Below, in pieces: positions 1 through 11,939 of a stretch of 64,000 nucleotides of DNA (the stretch's first letter is position 1; each line of letters starts with the position of its first letter). A model generated the notes under the pieces. The model searched no databases. It worked only from the letters and a program-made list of their open reading frames with translations, and had not been told where the DNA came from. The DNA is from Octopus vulgaris (lineage: Eukaryota): the NCBI GenBank assembly GCA_951406725.2, contig OX597821.1:72354001-72418000 (forward strand). The letters are read 5' to 3'. The translations under genes were made by a program, and so were the position numbers.

Positions 1-587
1 ACCCTTGTGTGGGCTGGTTGTGAGTACCAGGACTAAAAGTATATGGTCAGCAGGACAGACCTGAATGGCCATACAATTCATAACAACACCCCCACCCCAC
101 CCAGACAACTGTGCTATTCTGGAGCTGCAAAAGCCAGAAGAGAGGGAGAAAGTAGTGGACAGCCATAGAGCCAACAAGAGGAGCAGATCCTAGAAACTAC
201 TTCCAGGGCATCACTGGTCACAGTTCCAACGATAGCCAAAGAAATTCATCTTGCCTTGAATCACAGAAGGTAATAAAGAAGCCAAGGAGTCTGCTTCCAG
301 TTGTATTACTCCATCATCTTGTAACAAGACAGACTAGGAACAGGTGGTGCAAACTTCCACAGACCATAAAAAGACGAAGGGAAAAAGTAATCCGCCGCTC
401 CCCCCGCCAAAAAAAAATAAGTGAACTTATGGGAAAGACTGGCAAAATGTCCTAGGATTTTCACTGGGCTTTGTATAATAAATGAAGACAGTTCTTTGCA
501 CAGCAAATGAAGAACTGATGAAGGACTTAAATAACACAGGAACATTTAGGGAAAGAAAACGCTCAGATATGGAAGATAGGAAACTTG

Positions 588-852
588 GGCATTCTTTCGA
601 TAGAACTCGACAAAATCAAAACATTTCACTTTCGGTATTTCCGTGGGTTGTGGAGTATAGCGAGATTATGCCAGCAATGTCTCATTTTAAACTTGAAGAA
701 AAAAAAGCCTTGCATATTTGTTACCTGTTTCATGTGTGTATGTAAAATCCGCAAATTTCCAAGCAGAAAACAGAATCGAACTGTCATTTGCTTCCACGGA
801 AATACGCGAAGTGAAATGTTTTGATTTTGTCGAGTTATATCGAAAGAATGCC
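588..852. mobile_element. Non-autonomous DNA transposon (MITE), GG-ended long TIRs, 8-bp TSD (Merlin-like)
   Basis: Ends GGCATTCTTTCGATAGAACTCGACAAAATCAAAACATTTCACTT / AAGTGAAATGTTTTGATTTTGTCGAGTTATATCGAAAGAATGCC are near-perfect inverted repeats. Exact flanking duplication GAAACTTG at 580-587 and 853-860. Confidence 0.85.
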
Positions 853-1338
853 GAAACTTGAAGATAAGCTGCTCATAAAAAATATCGTTTGTGGGTTACA
901 ACAATCACAAGAGACGTAGGCCCTTTCTTGCCTATTCTAACACGGGTATTTTCATGGAAAATAGTATTCAGTACGTAGAAGAAATGCAAAAGGGAGATGC
1001 TCAATGATGTGGAAAAACTTGATCCCACCCAGGAGGGAATGAATCTCTCCTAAATTCCATCTCTTTTGTGTATATGTACAATCATTTAACTAGTGTAATT
1101 TCTTTGGAGACGTCTTCCTTAATTTTTTAACATGCCAATTTGTCTAGTATAATGTCTTTACTGTTCCTCGTTTTTCTATAACTTTCTTTTGCGTATCCCC
1201 ATGTATTTTGTAACACTGTAGACGCTTTGATGCAAGAATGAATGAGCCTGGGTGGTAAATAAAACTGAAACAATGTAGTAATAGTAGTAGTCTGCTCCGA
1301 TTACTGAGGTCGGTCGGAACGTATCCGAACGGGTTTAC

Positions 1339-2573
1339 CTATAAGAGCACCGACGGCCTCTTCTGTCCAAAAGTGTTATTGTCCTACGAGGAACAACTAC
1401 TTTAAAGTTCGATTCGAGCCTTCGACGAGGAAGCCAAAACATCTTCAATTTGAAATGAACTGCAGCGCGTATAAGTTTTTTTGTTGTTGTTGTTTGTCTG
1501 CTGTATAATGCGTTCTTACACAGACGAATAAAATAAACAAGAAACATTCAAATCAGAGGGAAATATATGGAACATACGAGTTGAAATTGCGAACGTTAGT
1601 GGAGAAAGCTTAAAATAGTCTCCTTTGACTTAATACTTAAATTGTTTATAACCGATTCATATAATAAAACTGCCACATCACAACTTGAAAAAAAAAAGCA
1701 GAAATTAATTAAAAGACGTCTATGTGTCGGACGTCGTTTCGACTTTTTAATTTTTCTTTAATAAAGCGAAGTTGTTGGCAACTTAAAGTAAAAACTTCAC
1801 TTCAACATTGGCAAATCAGATGATTATGTGGAGTGTATTTTTTTTACCTGAAATGTCTATAAAATGATATCTATAAAGGAAAAAAATACGGACCACCTAA
1901 AGGTAAACTCTAGCAAAAATAAAAAGATAAATTGTAAGTTTTTTTTAATAAATTCCTGTATTTTTACTTATTTTAAGTTAAATACTTCACTTTGAACAGT
2001 GAACATCTAAATAATGTACAGCTATTCACATAAGACAAGCAAAATTCAGCACCTTAAGTTTTTGTGAACTTTGGCCGTGATAACATACAAAATTCGAGCA
2101 GGTCCCCACCCTAAAAGCTCAACCCCAAAATGGATCAGGAAACTGTCAAAATAAAAGACTTTGAATATTATTAAATGTTTAGCACATTAAATATATTAAA
2201 CTCCAAGATGCATGTGTGAATGTATGAAGGTATATCTGTTTGCTAATTTGAGGAGATTCAACGAGAAACATGAAACAACTGGGAAATTGGAAACAGGAAT
2301 AAAAAGCGAGAGGTAAAAATTAGGACATAAATAAAAAGTTGGAAGAGAAACGAGCTACAAACATTTATTGTAGCCTGGTTCTTGTTGATTTTCGTTTAAC
2401 TGTCAGCTTTAGGTCAAAGTTAAAAGACAAGCTTGTCAGCAGAAATAATTAAAAGATAGCGTAGATGAGTTAGAAACATGATCGGGGAAGCGAAGAAAGA
2501 GTGGAATAAAAATAAACGCAATCGGATTTGGGTGAAATATATTGACGAATACTTTTCCTACCTTGGTTGCCAT
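1339..2573 (-). other. Candidate 5' exons of a divergent gene, head-to-head with RPS20 (2573-2562, 1870-1848, 1500-1339)
   Basis: Minus strand reads ATG GCA ACC AAG|GTAGGA, then TTTTTTTCCTTTATAG|23 nt|GTAAAA, then TACAG|162 nt|GTAAAC. Phases 0/2/2 join to MATKISFYRHFSRQTTTTKKLIRAAVHF... No homologue recognised. Confidence 0.3.
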
Positions 2574-2595
2574 CTTGACTATAACGTGGTACATA

Positions 2596-2603
2596 TGACG
2601 TCA
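2596..2603. promoter_or_regulatory. Palindromic CRE/ATF site in the region between RPS20 and the divergent candidate
   Basis: TGACGTCA about 390 bp upstream of the RPS20 pyrimidine tract. Confidence 0.35.
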
Positions 2604-2984
2604 CAACCGGTATTTGGGAAGAAAATTATTCACTTTGTTCGTTAAAATTTATTTAATTTTATCATCGTCGTGTATTTTTTTAATTCTGTGTTTAAACCTT
2701 CGAGTTTAGATCCTTTTGAGGGTATTTAATATTTTTTAATATAACGTCAAAAGGGATACATAATGGACTCGTCCATGAGGATGCAGAGTTAAATAAAATA
2801 TATTATAAATACTTCAAATTTGATACAGAAAGAGCGAATGAAATTTAAATTTCTTTTAAAATGTTTTAATTGTCATGTTATAAGTGATATCTATGCATTT
2901 TATAATATTTGAAAGCTAAGAAATAAATCTGACGTCCTTTCACCCCCATTTTTGGTACCGAGTTTAGTAACTGCGCAGCTACTA

Positions 2985-2997
2985 TTCTTTCTTTCCC
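2985..2997 (+). promoter_or_regulatory. TCT initiator / 5'-TOP oligopyrimidine tract of RPS20
   Basis: TTCTTTCTTTCCC about 95 nt upstream of the RPS20 ATG, as is typical of ribosomal-protein transcription starts. Confidence 0.7.
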
Positions 2998-3089
2998 AAG
3001 TGAGCTTCGCTCGTAAAAGACGTTTCCTGGCTCACCGCTGATCTTAGAAAGTCTTTGATTAAGTCGGCCGGCATAGAATATTCTTAAAA

Positions 3090-3092
3090 ATG
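3090..3092 (+). CDS. RPS20: 40S ribosomal protein S20 (uS10), exon 1 (initiator ATG only)
   Basis: AAAAATG|GTATGT. ATG is followed directly by a donor site and is in phase 0 with exon 2. Confidence 0.8.
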
Positions 3093-3503
3093 GTATGTAG
3101 AAATTAAATTTATGTTGATATTTTCCATTTTGTTTACAATTGTTATATTTAATGAGTAATTTCTGTTTGAAAAGTCCTCAATTAAATTCCAGCATGTGGG
3201 CGCCATGTTTCATCTCCATGCGGTCTTTAAAGGAAATTATTATTAAATTCATCGGTTTTTATGATGTTGGCTCTTTTGAAATGGATTCAATTCATCGCTT
3301 TCCGCATTCTTCATATTCTCGTCTTAACCTTTATGATCTGTTTTAGCAAATGTCCCAACGTTGACTCCACAGCAATCACTTATTTCGTTGTGGTCGGGGT
3401 GGGAGTTACTATTTGTACACGTTTCATTCGGTCCGAGAAATTAGTTTTTTCGGACCTTTAAGGGTCATACCGTTGGAGAAGAGTTACACAGGAAACATCC
3501 CAG

Positions 3504-3698
3504 AGTACTACTTTAGTTCAGTGGTCCCGGTGCGCGTAGTCGCGCATCCGCGCTAGCTAGTCATGACTAGTCGATCCTACGACTACCTAACAAAGTAAAT
3601 AAAACACAAAATAAATATTTTTTTTACACAAAGTAAATAAGGATCGACTAGTCATGACTAGCGAGTGCGCGCACCGGGACTACTTCTCAAGTAGTACC
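3504..3698. mobile_element. MITE in RPS20 intron 1, (G/A)GTACTACT TIRs, 8-bp TSD
   Basis: Inverted arms include GTCCCGGTGCGCG...CTAGTCATGACTAGTCGATCCT / AGGATCGACTAGTCATGACTAG...CGCGCACCGGGAC. Flanks are CATCCCAG (3496-3503) and CATCTCAG (3699-3706). Confidence 0.75.
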
Positions 3699-4476
3699 CA
3701 TCTCAGTCACATTTTACCACTTACCACCAATTCGTTAAACATTACGATTGTCGAAATATAATTATTTATCTCTTCATTATAATCTACTAATTTTTCAATA
3801 ATTGCCCATATTAGAAGTTATTCTTGGGTACTTGTGTAACTCTGGTAAATCCTGATCGGATCTAGGTCACGAGATCGATGAGATCCAGATCGCCAAATCA
3901 ATCTGGCTTGCTCTGTCAACATGTGGTTAACTATGTGTTATGTATTATGAGAAGCTTTGGTGCATTTTGTCCATCTATATAGGTTCTGATTTAATTAGGG
4001 TCAATCGCTTTTTATGATTCACAGCTGCTCCAGTATCCCTTAAATAGTATATATATATGTCACTCTTTAAAAGATTTCCCGGCATCATAGGACATGATTA
4101 GGTTGATGCTTCCACTCAATTGTTCTTCATAACTGCCTGGAAAATGTTTCCTACAGATTTATCCAAGGATTTATTTCTAGAATTGGGGCGAGATTACAAT
4201 TTGTGCTTATAAATTCTACGAAGAATAATTGGCGCGAGTTCTCTCCGACTTTGTTGTTACCAATTTCCGTAACTGAGAGTGCTTGCCTGTTCATAATTAT
4301 TGATGTAGGTCAAGAAACTGGAGGATAATTTTGTGATATCAACCTGGTTTATTTTATTTAGGAGTATACGAATGATTTACATAGATATTGTATTTTCTGA
4401 AAATATGGAAATGATGTGCTTGGTTTCCTCATTGTTTATATTGTACATATCTGCCTACATAACCTGTTGTTTTCAC

Positions 4477-4601
4477 TGCACTAACTAAGCCGGCTGTGTA
4501 CTAATAATTAGTATTTAGTGGTATACGGTGCAAATATAAACTTGCTGGCACTAAACAGTGGTTGTTTTCACAATTTGCAATTAGCTGTCAGCATTACATT
4601 G
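4477..4601 (+). ncRNA. Box H/ACA snoRNA, copy A (RPS20 intron 1)
   Basis: Hairpin 1 closed by TGCAC/GTGCA. H box ATATAA at 4534-4539. Hairpin 2 closed by TGCTGGCA/TGTCAGCA. ACA at 4596-4598. About 125 nt, with a paralogue in intron 3. Confidence 0.8.
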
Positions 4602-5118
4602 ATGTCGGATCTAACCTTTTTATTTTCTGACCCTGTTTCAAATGAAGTACAACTCTACCTGATGTTCCGACTGATTCAAAAATTCAGGAGTTTTAGTTTA
4701 GAAATTATTTTTGTTTTGATAAAATTACGGTAGACGATTGGAGTTTTAAAATATCAAACGCATGGTTGTCGCACTGAATGAATATTCTGTCTGCTCTGCT
4801 GATCACCTTCATGGATTAGTGATGTGTGTCTGTATTTACATGTTTGCCCACATGCTTTGGCTCTTGTGGGCAGTTTACATTTCACATTAGTACAGCGATG
4901 AGACAATGAAGCCCCTTGCTTATAAATTGTCAAATCGATCTTCACCCACACACCATGCCGTCTTTAATACATTGGATTGTGTGGAGTATCTTTGTTCAAT
5001 AAACACTGGACTTGAGCTGAACTAAGGCTGTTACTTATTGAAACCCTCTTAATTCACCATACAAATTGTTAGTGCTTTTCTCTCACTCTATTCAATTGAT
5101 TGAAATTTTTCAATTCAG

Positions 5119-5221
5119 GCTCATTGCGCTAAAGACACTGGTAAGGCTCCAGTTGAAGATGTTCCAGTTCACAGAATCCGCATCACCTTGACGAGTAGGA
5201 ATGTAAAAAGCTTAGAAAAGG
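5119..5221 (+). CDS. RPS20: 40S ribosomal protein S20, exon 2
   Basis: TTCAG|GCT...AAGG|GTGAGT. Encodes [34 protein letters not shown]. Confidence 0.95.
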
Positions 5222-5512
5222 GTGAGTATTTCTGTAAATTAAGATTGTTTTGGAGTTTGTTTTGTTTGTTGTTTTTTTGTGGTGGTGGGCGGGGGGGTAT
5301 GCCTATTGGAATATATTAACAGAAATATATTGTACGACAATGCAAAGTGAGCACGGCCTGAAGGTGATTTCTTTTTTTGGTGGAATTTGTGTTTAATTGT
5401 TTATTGACATTTTGTCATCTGTAAGGAGGATGTATGTGCATAATTCTGATTTGCTGGATCAAATATGTTGCCTGGTGGTTAATGTTTTTAAATGCCTTTT
5501 CTTTCATCTTAG

Positions 5513-5712
5513 TGTGTGCTGATCTGATCAGAGGAGCCAAAGAGAAACAACTAAAAGTTAAGGGTCCTGTTCGTATGCCTACTAAGATTCTCCGTATCAC
5601 TACAAGAAAGACCCCTTGTGGAGAAGGATCCAAAACATGGGACAGGTACCAGATGAGAATTCACAAAAGAATTATTGATCTACACAGTCCATCAGAGATA
5701 GTAAAACAGATT
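5513..5712 (+). CDS. RPS20: 40S ribosomal protein S20, exon 3
   Basis: Encodes (V)[70 protein letters not shown] boundaries. Confidence 0.97.
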
Positions 5713-5776
5713 GTATCCTTTTTGTATTTTTGTTTTATAAACAGTGTTTGGTGGAGTGAAAGGGTTTAAATTATTG

Positions 5777-6151
5777 GGCATTCTTCCGTTTTAACTTGAA
5801 AAATCATAACAAAACTCGGTAATTTCCATGAGCACATGTTGCCTTGTTAAGTGTCAGTTGATGTATCGGAATGGAAAGCGAAAGCTAATGGGTTGTGCAT
5901 GCGTGTTTGTCCCTCTGTGTTGTGGAGTGTAGATATAACGAAATTACACTGATAATGTTGCGTTTAAAACTTGAAGAAAAGAGCGCGCTCAAACACAGAA
6001 ATAGACGTGCATGCACACACGCAGAAACAGGCACCCATTAGCTTTCTCTTTCCATTTCAATATGTCAACTAACAGTTAACAAGATAACACGTGTTCACGG
6101 AAATTACCAAGTTCTATGTTATGATTTTTCGATTCAAAACAAAAGAATGCC
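5777..6151. mobile_element. MITE related to 588-852 (GGCATTCTT...AAGAATGCC), in RPS20 intron 3
   Basis: Imperfect TIRs of about 115 bp. Flanks are AATTATTG (5769-5776) and AGTTATTG (6152-6159). Shares internal motifs TTGTGGAGT(A/G)TAG and AAACTTGAAGAAAA with 588-852. Confidence 0.8.
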
Positions 6152-6272
6152 AGTTATTGTTGGGTGTCTGTGATTTACATTGGGTTGTGGTGTGAACGTC
6201 AAATTCCTATTCATACAAGGTAAAGGGGATGAGGAGCAAATGTTTAAATAGAAAGTACTCAATAATCATCAC

Positions 6273-6396
6273 TGCACTAACTAAGCCGGCTGTGTACTAA
6301 TAATTAGTATTTAGTGGTATACGGTGCAAATATAAACTTGCTATCACTAAACAGTGGTTGTTTTTACAACTTACTTTAGTTGATGGCAGCACAATT
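6273..6396 (+). ncRNA. Box H/ACA snoRNA, copy B (RPS20 intron 3)
   Basis: 5' hairpin identical to copy A. H box ATATAA at 6330-6335. 3' stem TGCTATCA/TGATGGCA shows compensatory changes relative to copy A. ACA at 6391-6393. Confidence 0.8.
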
Positions 6397-7236
6397 TTAT
6401 TGTTTCTGACATATTGGGTCATTGATTTTAGTACATTGTATTGGCCTTGATGTATGTAAATAGTAAATAAGTTATCAATTTTTCTTTCTCTCTCCCACCA
6501 TCCCTTGTAGTGATGTTTTACCAAGCATAGAGCCATGTTGTGAAATTAGACAGTTTTGGTAAGCTTCACACTGGCCGTCTTTGTGCTTTGGTAATATATT
6601 GTGATCTCTAGTGTCACTCTAGGTGTGTCTATTCCTTTCTCGTACAATACTATACACGTCTGTCTCTCAGTTACTGACAATTTTAATTCTCCTTGTATGT
6701 GAGAATGCTTCAATCCCAGTCTGCCTGTCACTTTTGCTCATGAAAAAGCTTGATAGAATTGCTTTTAGCTTTCACATCTCTCAGAATCATTTTGTGACAT
6801 TGTTTCACTCATTAGGCTGGGATGCTGCTTTGAAGTTTTTAGTTGAATGATTGACCATTGCACTTAATTTTTTTGTTAATTGCAGGTACTTGTTCTGTCA
6901 GGTCTACCAAATCCACTCACAAAGGTTTTGGTCGGTTAATTAATATTGATTTATTTCATTAGAATAGTTTGTGCAATTTGCAAGAGTGTTTTCTGATCTT
7001 ATTTCTAATGTCAACTTCAAAAATTGGCTGTGATGGCAGCTACATTAGGCTAATTACTGGTGCAAAGGAGCCTTTTATGTGCCCGCTTGGCTTACTAGTT
7101 GTGAAATCTTCCTCCAAGCTACCCTGGTGTCCTTTCAGGGACATATTAGATAAAGTGAGCCTAGGTTTACTGTCATCAAGAGAGTTTTTGCTGTTCTTTT
7201 CTGTGTATAATGGTTTTCCTTAACAAGATCTTTCAG

Positions 7237-7293
7237 ACATCTATCAGCATTGAACCTGGTGTTGAAGTTGAAGTTACAATTGCAGATGCATAA
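7237..7293 (+). CDS. RPS20: 40S ribosomal protein S20, exon 4 (terminal)
   Basis: TTTCAG|ACA... encodes TSISIEPGVEVEVTIADA*. Joined protein is 120 aa. Confidence 0.97.
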   Translation, partial: TSISIEPGVEVEVTIADA

Positions 7294-7309
7294 ATCATGG
7301 ACATTTTGC

Positions 7310-7315
7310 AATAAA
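7310..7315 (+). terminator. RPS20 polyadenylation signal
   Basis: AATAAA 17 nt after the stop codon, followed by a GT/T-rich downstream element. Confidence 0.8.
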
Positions 7316-8899
7316 GGGTGAATTTTATTCTTGTGTTGTTGTTTGTTACTTCCTTAGCCCGTTAATGCGTTAATTTGCCGAAAAAATAACTGATGTGCAT
7401 TGGCTTTTTATAGTTGATTTGGGGTTGATGGGTTGTTATTGACTCTTGTTGAGAGTTACTCGATTCCTAACTGGGTCATGGGTCACATTTTGCATGTCTT
7501 ACCTGTTATTACTTTTGTTAAGGTGTACTTGATGCAAGAGATCCTCACTGGTACCAGACATATTGACTCTTCTCTTCCCACCCACCCCTTTCTTTGCATT
7601 GTTTACATTTATTTCATTCTTTCTCACTGCTGAGTGAGAAGAATTGCGATGATGGCAATTAAGCAAGAACATCTCTCTCATCCCCTGGCGAAGATGACTG
7701 GTCTTCAAGAGTCTGGTGCCAGTGCAATGTAAAAAGCATCCAGCTCCCACCGGAACCTGGTTTTACAGAAGTTTGTGTTTTTCATTAGGAAGGAAAACTG
7801 ATTCTCTGCACTTTGAAAATATGCAAGTATCTTTTTGGAATATAATTCTACAGCAGCAGAATGGTCTTAGCATGGAAGCAGCACCTTTTCTTTTTGCTTT
7901 ATAGTTTTATCCACAGGTTGAATCATAGTTCAGAACTGCTACATTAATTTGGTTTATCTGAAAATGCTTTTCCATTGGAACTTGGGTTCAAGAGATCATT
8001 CTATGTTCTTTAAGCTTTTCATGTTTTAGTTTTGTATTAGTTAGCTTTATGGCATTAATGTAGCATCTTGGATTTCTTTATCCTTTGACCCAGCTACATT
8101 GTTGAGATGGAAAAGAGTGGAATAACTGAGATAAGTTTAAGTTACTTCACATGTAACTTAACTGGTTTCTAATGAATGAAACCCCAAATGTGTCTCTTAG
8201 ACAAGAGATGTTCTTGGACGAGATAAATACGTGCTGCCTACTGTTTGGTGACAGCACTGTCCTCTACTATCTGGTTGCTTTTAAGAAAATTGGATGAATT
8301 ATTTAAGAACTGTGTTAACTATGCTCAAAGATGAACAAGTTCTATGTGACCTACAACATGTACAGGGCAATCAGCATTTTGATACTCAGTAGATATCTAT
8401 TATAATCATAACTGAAGAATCTTAAGATTGGTTGTCTGTGAACTGCATGCTGATGATTGTTAAATCGAAGATTTTGAGAAGTATTTCCAGGTGTGGGAGC
8501 AAAAATTCAAATAGAGATGACTCAAAACTATCCATGAGCAACAGATGTTAAATGATGATTCTGCTGATAATATATTGGTCGTAGGGTTAGATGCAATGGG
8601 ACTGAAGTTGAAATGTTTTATTTAGTATAACAAGACTTGCTACCATCAGTGAAATGATGGATTGATATGCAGAAGTGGGGTAGATAAATCCATGGAGTGT
8701 GCCAGAATGTAAATGCAGGACGTTCACAAATTCATGAGGCACTTGTACAAAGAGAGCTACCAGTTGCTCAGAAGTTTCGTAGAAACAGTTGGTAACTCTT
8801 CTTAGGTGACCTCATTGGTAGTAAGCGGTGAAGAGCCAGCTGGGGTTCTCACTTTGAGAGAAGAATAAATTGTATGAAGTGTAGTATTGCATTGTTGTA

Positions 8900-9725
8900 A
8901 ATGCCAGTCAGTGGGCATCAACCACATTTGGATGGTGCTTTTTATGTGCTGCTGGCGCAGGGAGCCAGCCATGACCACAATTTCACTTGAATTCAAACAG
9001 GTCTTCTCATGCACAGCATGTTGCCTGGCAATTCAAGGGTACTTTTATATGGGCTGGTTATGCAACTGTGGTATTGGCCACAGCTGCAATGTCACTTGTT
9101 GGGTCTTCTCAATCAAAGCATATTTCCAAAGGTCTCGGTCTCCTGCCATTGCCTCTGTGAGGCCCAACGTTTGATGGTCGTACCACCTCATCCCATGTCT
9201 ACCTCTTCCACAGGTTCTCTCCACTGTTAGGGTGTGATATTTAACAGCTGTCCTCATCAATATGCAATCATCTCTTGCACACTACATCTGATGCTTCTTA
9301 TGTCCAACTTTTCTCTCAGGGAGCTTACAGTCTGTTGTGTGTGCACACTGACATTACACATCCAGCAAATCTTGCTAGCTTCATTTCTTCCAGGCCTATG
9401 CATATCCTCAGCAGTCATGACCGATGTTTCACTGCCTTGTAGCATAATTGTTCACACACATGCATCATACAGTCTACCTTTCACTCTGAATGAAAGGCCC
9501 TTTATTACCAGCAGAGGTAGGAGCTTTTTAAACTTTGCCCAGGCTATTCTTATTCTAGTGGCAACGCTCTCTGAGCATCCACACTCACTGCAGACTTGGT
9601 CACCTAGGTAACAGAAGCTATCGACTACTTTTCATTTCTCCCCCTGGCATGTAATGGAATCTGTTTTCTGTACATTTTTGGTGTTTATTGCCCCTGTGCT
9701 CTGCCACACACAAAAACTATCTTCT
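8900..9725 (-). mobile_element. RTE-clade LINE, decayed 3' fragment
   Basis: Minus frames give DSFCYLGD, RIRIAWAKF, MLQGSET...RNEASKICWMCNV and DRDLWKYALIEKT, running into the 3' UTR repeat. Confidence 0.85.
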
Positions 9726-9784
9726 CAAAATAAAATTGTACAATTGCCTTCTTGGTGGCTGTGAAGGCAAATGAAAGCTGATCG

Positions 9785-10083
9785 CAAGAATTATAGGAGC
9801 TTGGTTCAGAAGTGATTTCACATCCACCATAACTCTGGCCTTGCAACATCAGATTACCATTTATTTCAAAGTTTGCAAAATTCTTTGAATAGTAAAACTT
9901 TCAATAATGATGACCAGAAATCACACTTGCTTCAGTTTTTGGCTGTTAAGGACCAGAAGTTCTATGAGTGCAGAATCATGAAGCTCCCAGAAAAGTGGAA
10001 AAAATGTAATTGATTAAAGTTCATTCTTTGTATGAAGGAAAAAAAGACTTCTTTCAGACAAAAATTACTTGTTAATCCAATGT
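9785..10083 (+). mobile_element. Mariner transposase C-terminal relic with degenerate 3' TIR
   Basis: EVISHPP*/SGLATSDYHLFQSLQNSLNSKTFNNDDQKSHLLQFLAVKDQKFYECRIMKLPEKWKK matches the mariner HPPYSPDLAPSDYHLF...GIxKLxERW region. Confidence 0.85.
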
Positions 10084-10087
10084 ATAT

Positions 10088-10884
10088 ATCATCATCGATT
10101 AATATCCGCTTTCCATGCTAGCATGGGTTGGACGATTTGACTGAGGACTGGCAAACCAGGCTCCAATCTGATCTGGCAGAGTTTCTACAGCTGGACGCCC
10201 TTCCTAATGTCAACCACTCCGAGAACGTAGTGGGTGCTTTTACGTGCCACCGGCACGAGGGCCAGTCAGGTGGTGCTGGCAATGGCCACGCTCAAATGGT
10301 GATTTTTACATGCCACCTGCACAGAAGCTAGTCCAGCAGCACTGGCAATGACCTCGCTTGAATGGTTTTTCATGTGCCAGTAAGGTGACACTAGTAACAA
10401 TAACGCTCAAATGGTACTCTTTACTTGCCGCTGGCACGGAAGCCAGTTTACTGCTCTGGGAACAATTACGCTCGGATGGTGCTCTTAGCGCTCAACTAGC
10501 ACGGATGCCAGTCATCAACTTTGATTTCGATTTCACTTACAGGTCTTCACAAGCAGAGTTTAGTGTCCAATGAAGGAAAGTTGAATGTTTTTTCATGTGC
10601 CAGTAAGGTGACACTAGTTACAATCACACTCAAATGGTACTCTTTATGTGCCACCGGCACGGAAGCCAGTTTACTGCTCTGGGAACGATGGTGCTCTTAG
10701 CGCTCAACTGGAACGGATGCCAGTCATCAAATTTGATTTCGATTTCACTTACAGGTCTTCACAAGCAGAGTTTAGTGTCCAATGAAGGAAAGGTACGCAT
10801 AAGTGGGCTGGTTACACCCCTGGCATAGGCCACAAGGTTATGGTCTCATTTGGCTTGCTGGGTCTTCTCAAGCACAGCATATTT
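10088..10884 (-). mobile_element. RTE 3' UTR/tail copy with internal ~220-bp tandem duplication
   Basis: (CAT)n tail, then TTCCATGCTAGCATGGGTTGGACG...CTGGACGCCCTTCCTAA. 10357-10580 is repeated at 10582-10792. Joins the end of the ORF. Confidence 0.8.
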
Positions 10885-11939
10885 ATATATATATATACAC
10901 ACACACACACACAGCAAAAATTAACTATGAAAAATAGAATGGCCAGTGTCTTCGATTTAGATAAGAGAGATGAAGAAAGGGGTAATAAACATCTGACAAG
11001 ATAGAATCTTGATTTATTGAAATAATGCTTCAAGAGAAGGTATGCAAACCCCCAGCTGCAGGTACAACTAAGAAGGAGAGATAATCTCTAGTAATCAACA
11101 ATTAATCTTTTGAATTAATATACCATTGCTTTGATTTTCTGGAGATAATAAGACTTGTGTACATGTTTCTGCTTCAAAGAGTATCATCAGCACAGCGTTG
11201 TCCTACTTTGAATTCAGCCAGACATATCAAAAAAAAAAAAATAAGAGTACACAACATTTAAGGGTTGGGTAGTTTGCTAAAGAAACTTCTGACTCATTCA
11301 TACATAAAGTTCATGATTGTTTTATGGATTCGATGGAATTTGTTACAGCAAATTTTCTATAATGGGATGCTCTGCTTTTCCTACCATGAACTTTCACCTG
11401 TTTCCAAATAAGGTAACATTTCCCCTTGACCAGACAGTGATATTGGTTTACAACTGTAGGTGCAGTTACCTCCCCTGACGGTAGCTGTCTCAGTAGCTTG
11501 CAGCTAGGTGGAGTAGCTTGTAACTTTGGAATTCCGGGACTTCTCTTTTCCACTGTGGCTGACAGGAGCAAGACAGGACTGCCTCAGTTCTTAATCTCAC
11601 GTTGGAGAGATGCACAACCATGGGACAAGCAACAGCAAATAGACATTAAGCCACCCTGACTTGGGTTCAACAAAAGATGAACAAGGTCTTCACTTGTAAA
11701 TGTTTTGTATAACTTATTCTACTTGTACATATCTGAGAGTCGTGAGTAAAAAAACTACAACTTGGTTCTCAGATGTTCAATGCACACGGTGTTCTTTCTT
11801 GACAAAGCAATATCTTCTGAGTGGAGCTGTTATTTAGATGGTTCTGCCACAGCACATCTAAACAACCATCACATGATGCCAAGACAAGGAGACAGTAACA
11901 CACACACACCATGGCTTCCTTCAGTTTCTGTACTTTGAA

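Noticed and set aside
4466-4571. 11-bp direct repeat GTTGTTTTCAC as a possible TSD around the intron-1 block
   Set aside because: The second occurrence is the apical stem-loop of the snoRNA 3' hairpin and is shared with copy B. Copy B lacks the first occurrence.
4845-4880. Hairpin TGCCCACA...TGTGGGCA followed by TTTACATTT as a third H/ACA RNA; also searched for a SNORD54-like C/D RNA
   Set aside because: The hairpin is too short for a guide pocket and has no clear H box. No convincing C/D pair with a terminal stem was seen.
5434-5769. ORF-track 111-aa ORF as a complete protein
   Set aside because: Its N- and C-terminal parts are intronic read-through. Only 5513-5712 is the RPS20 exon.
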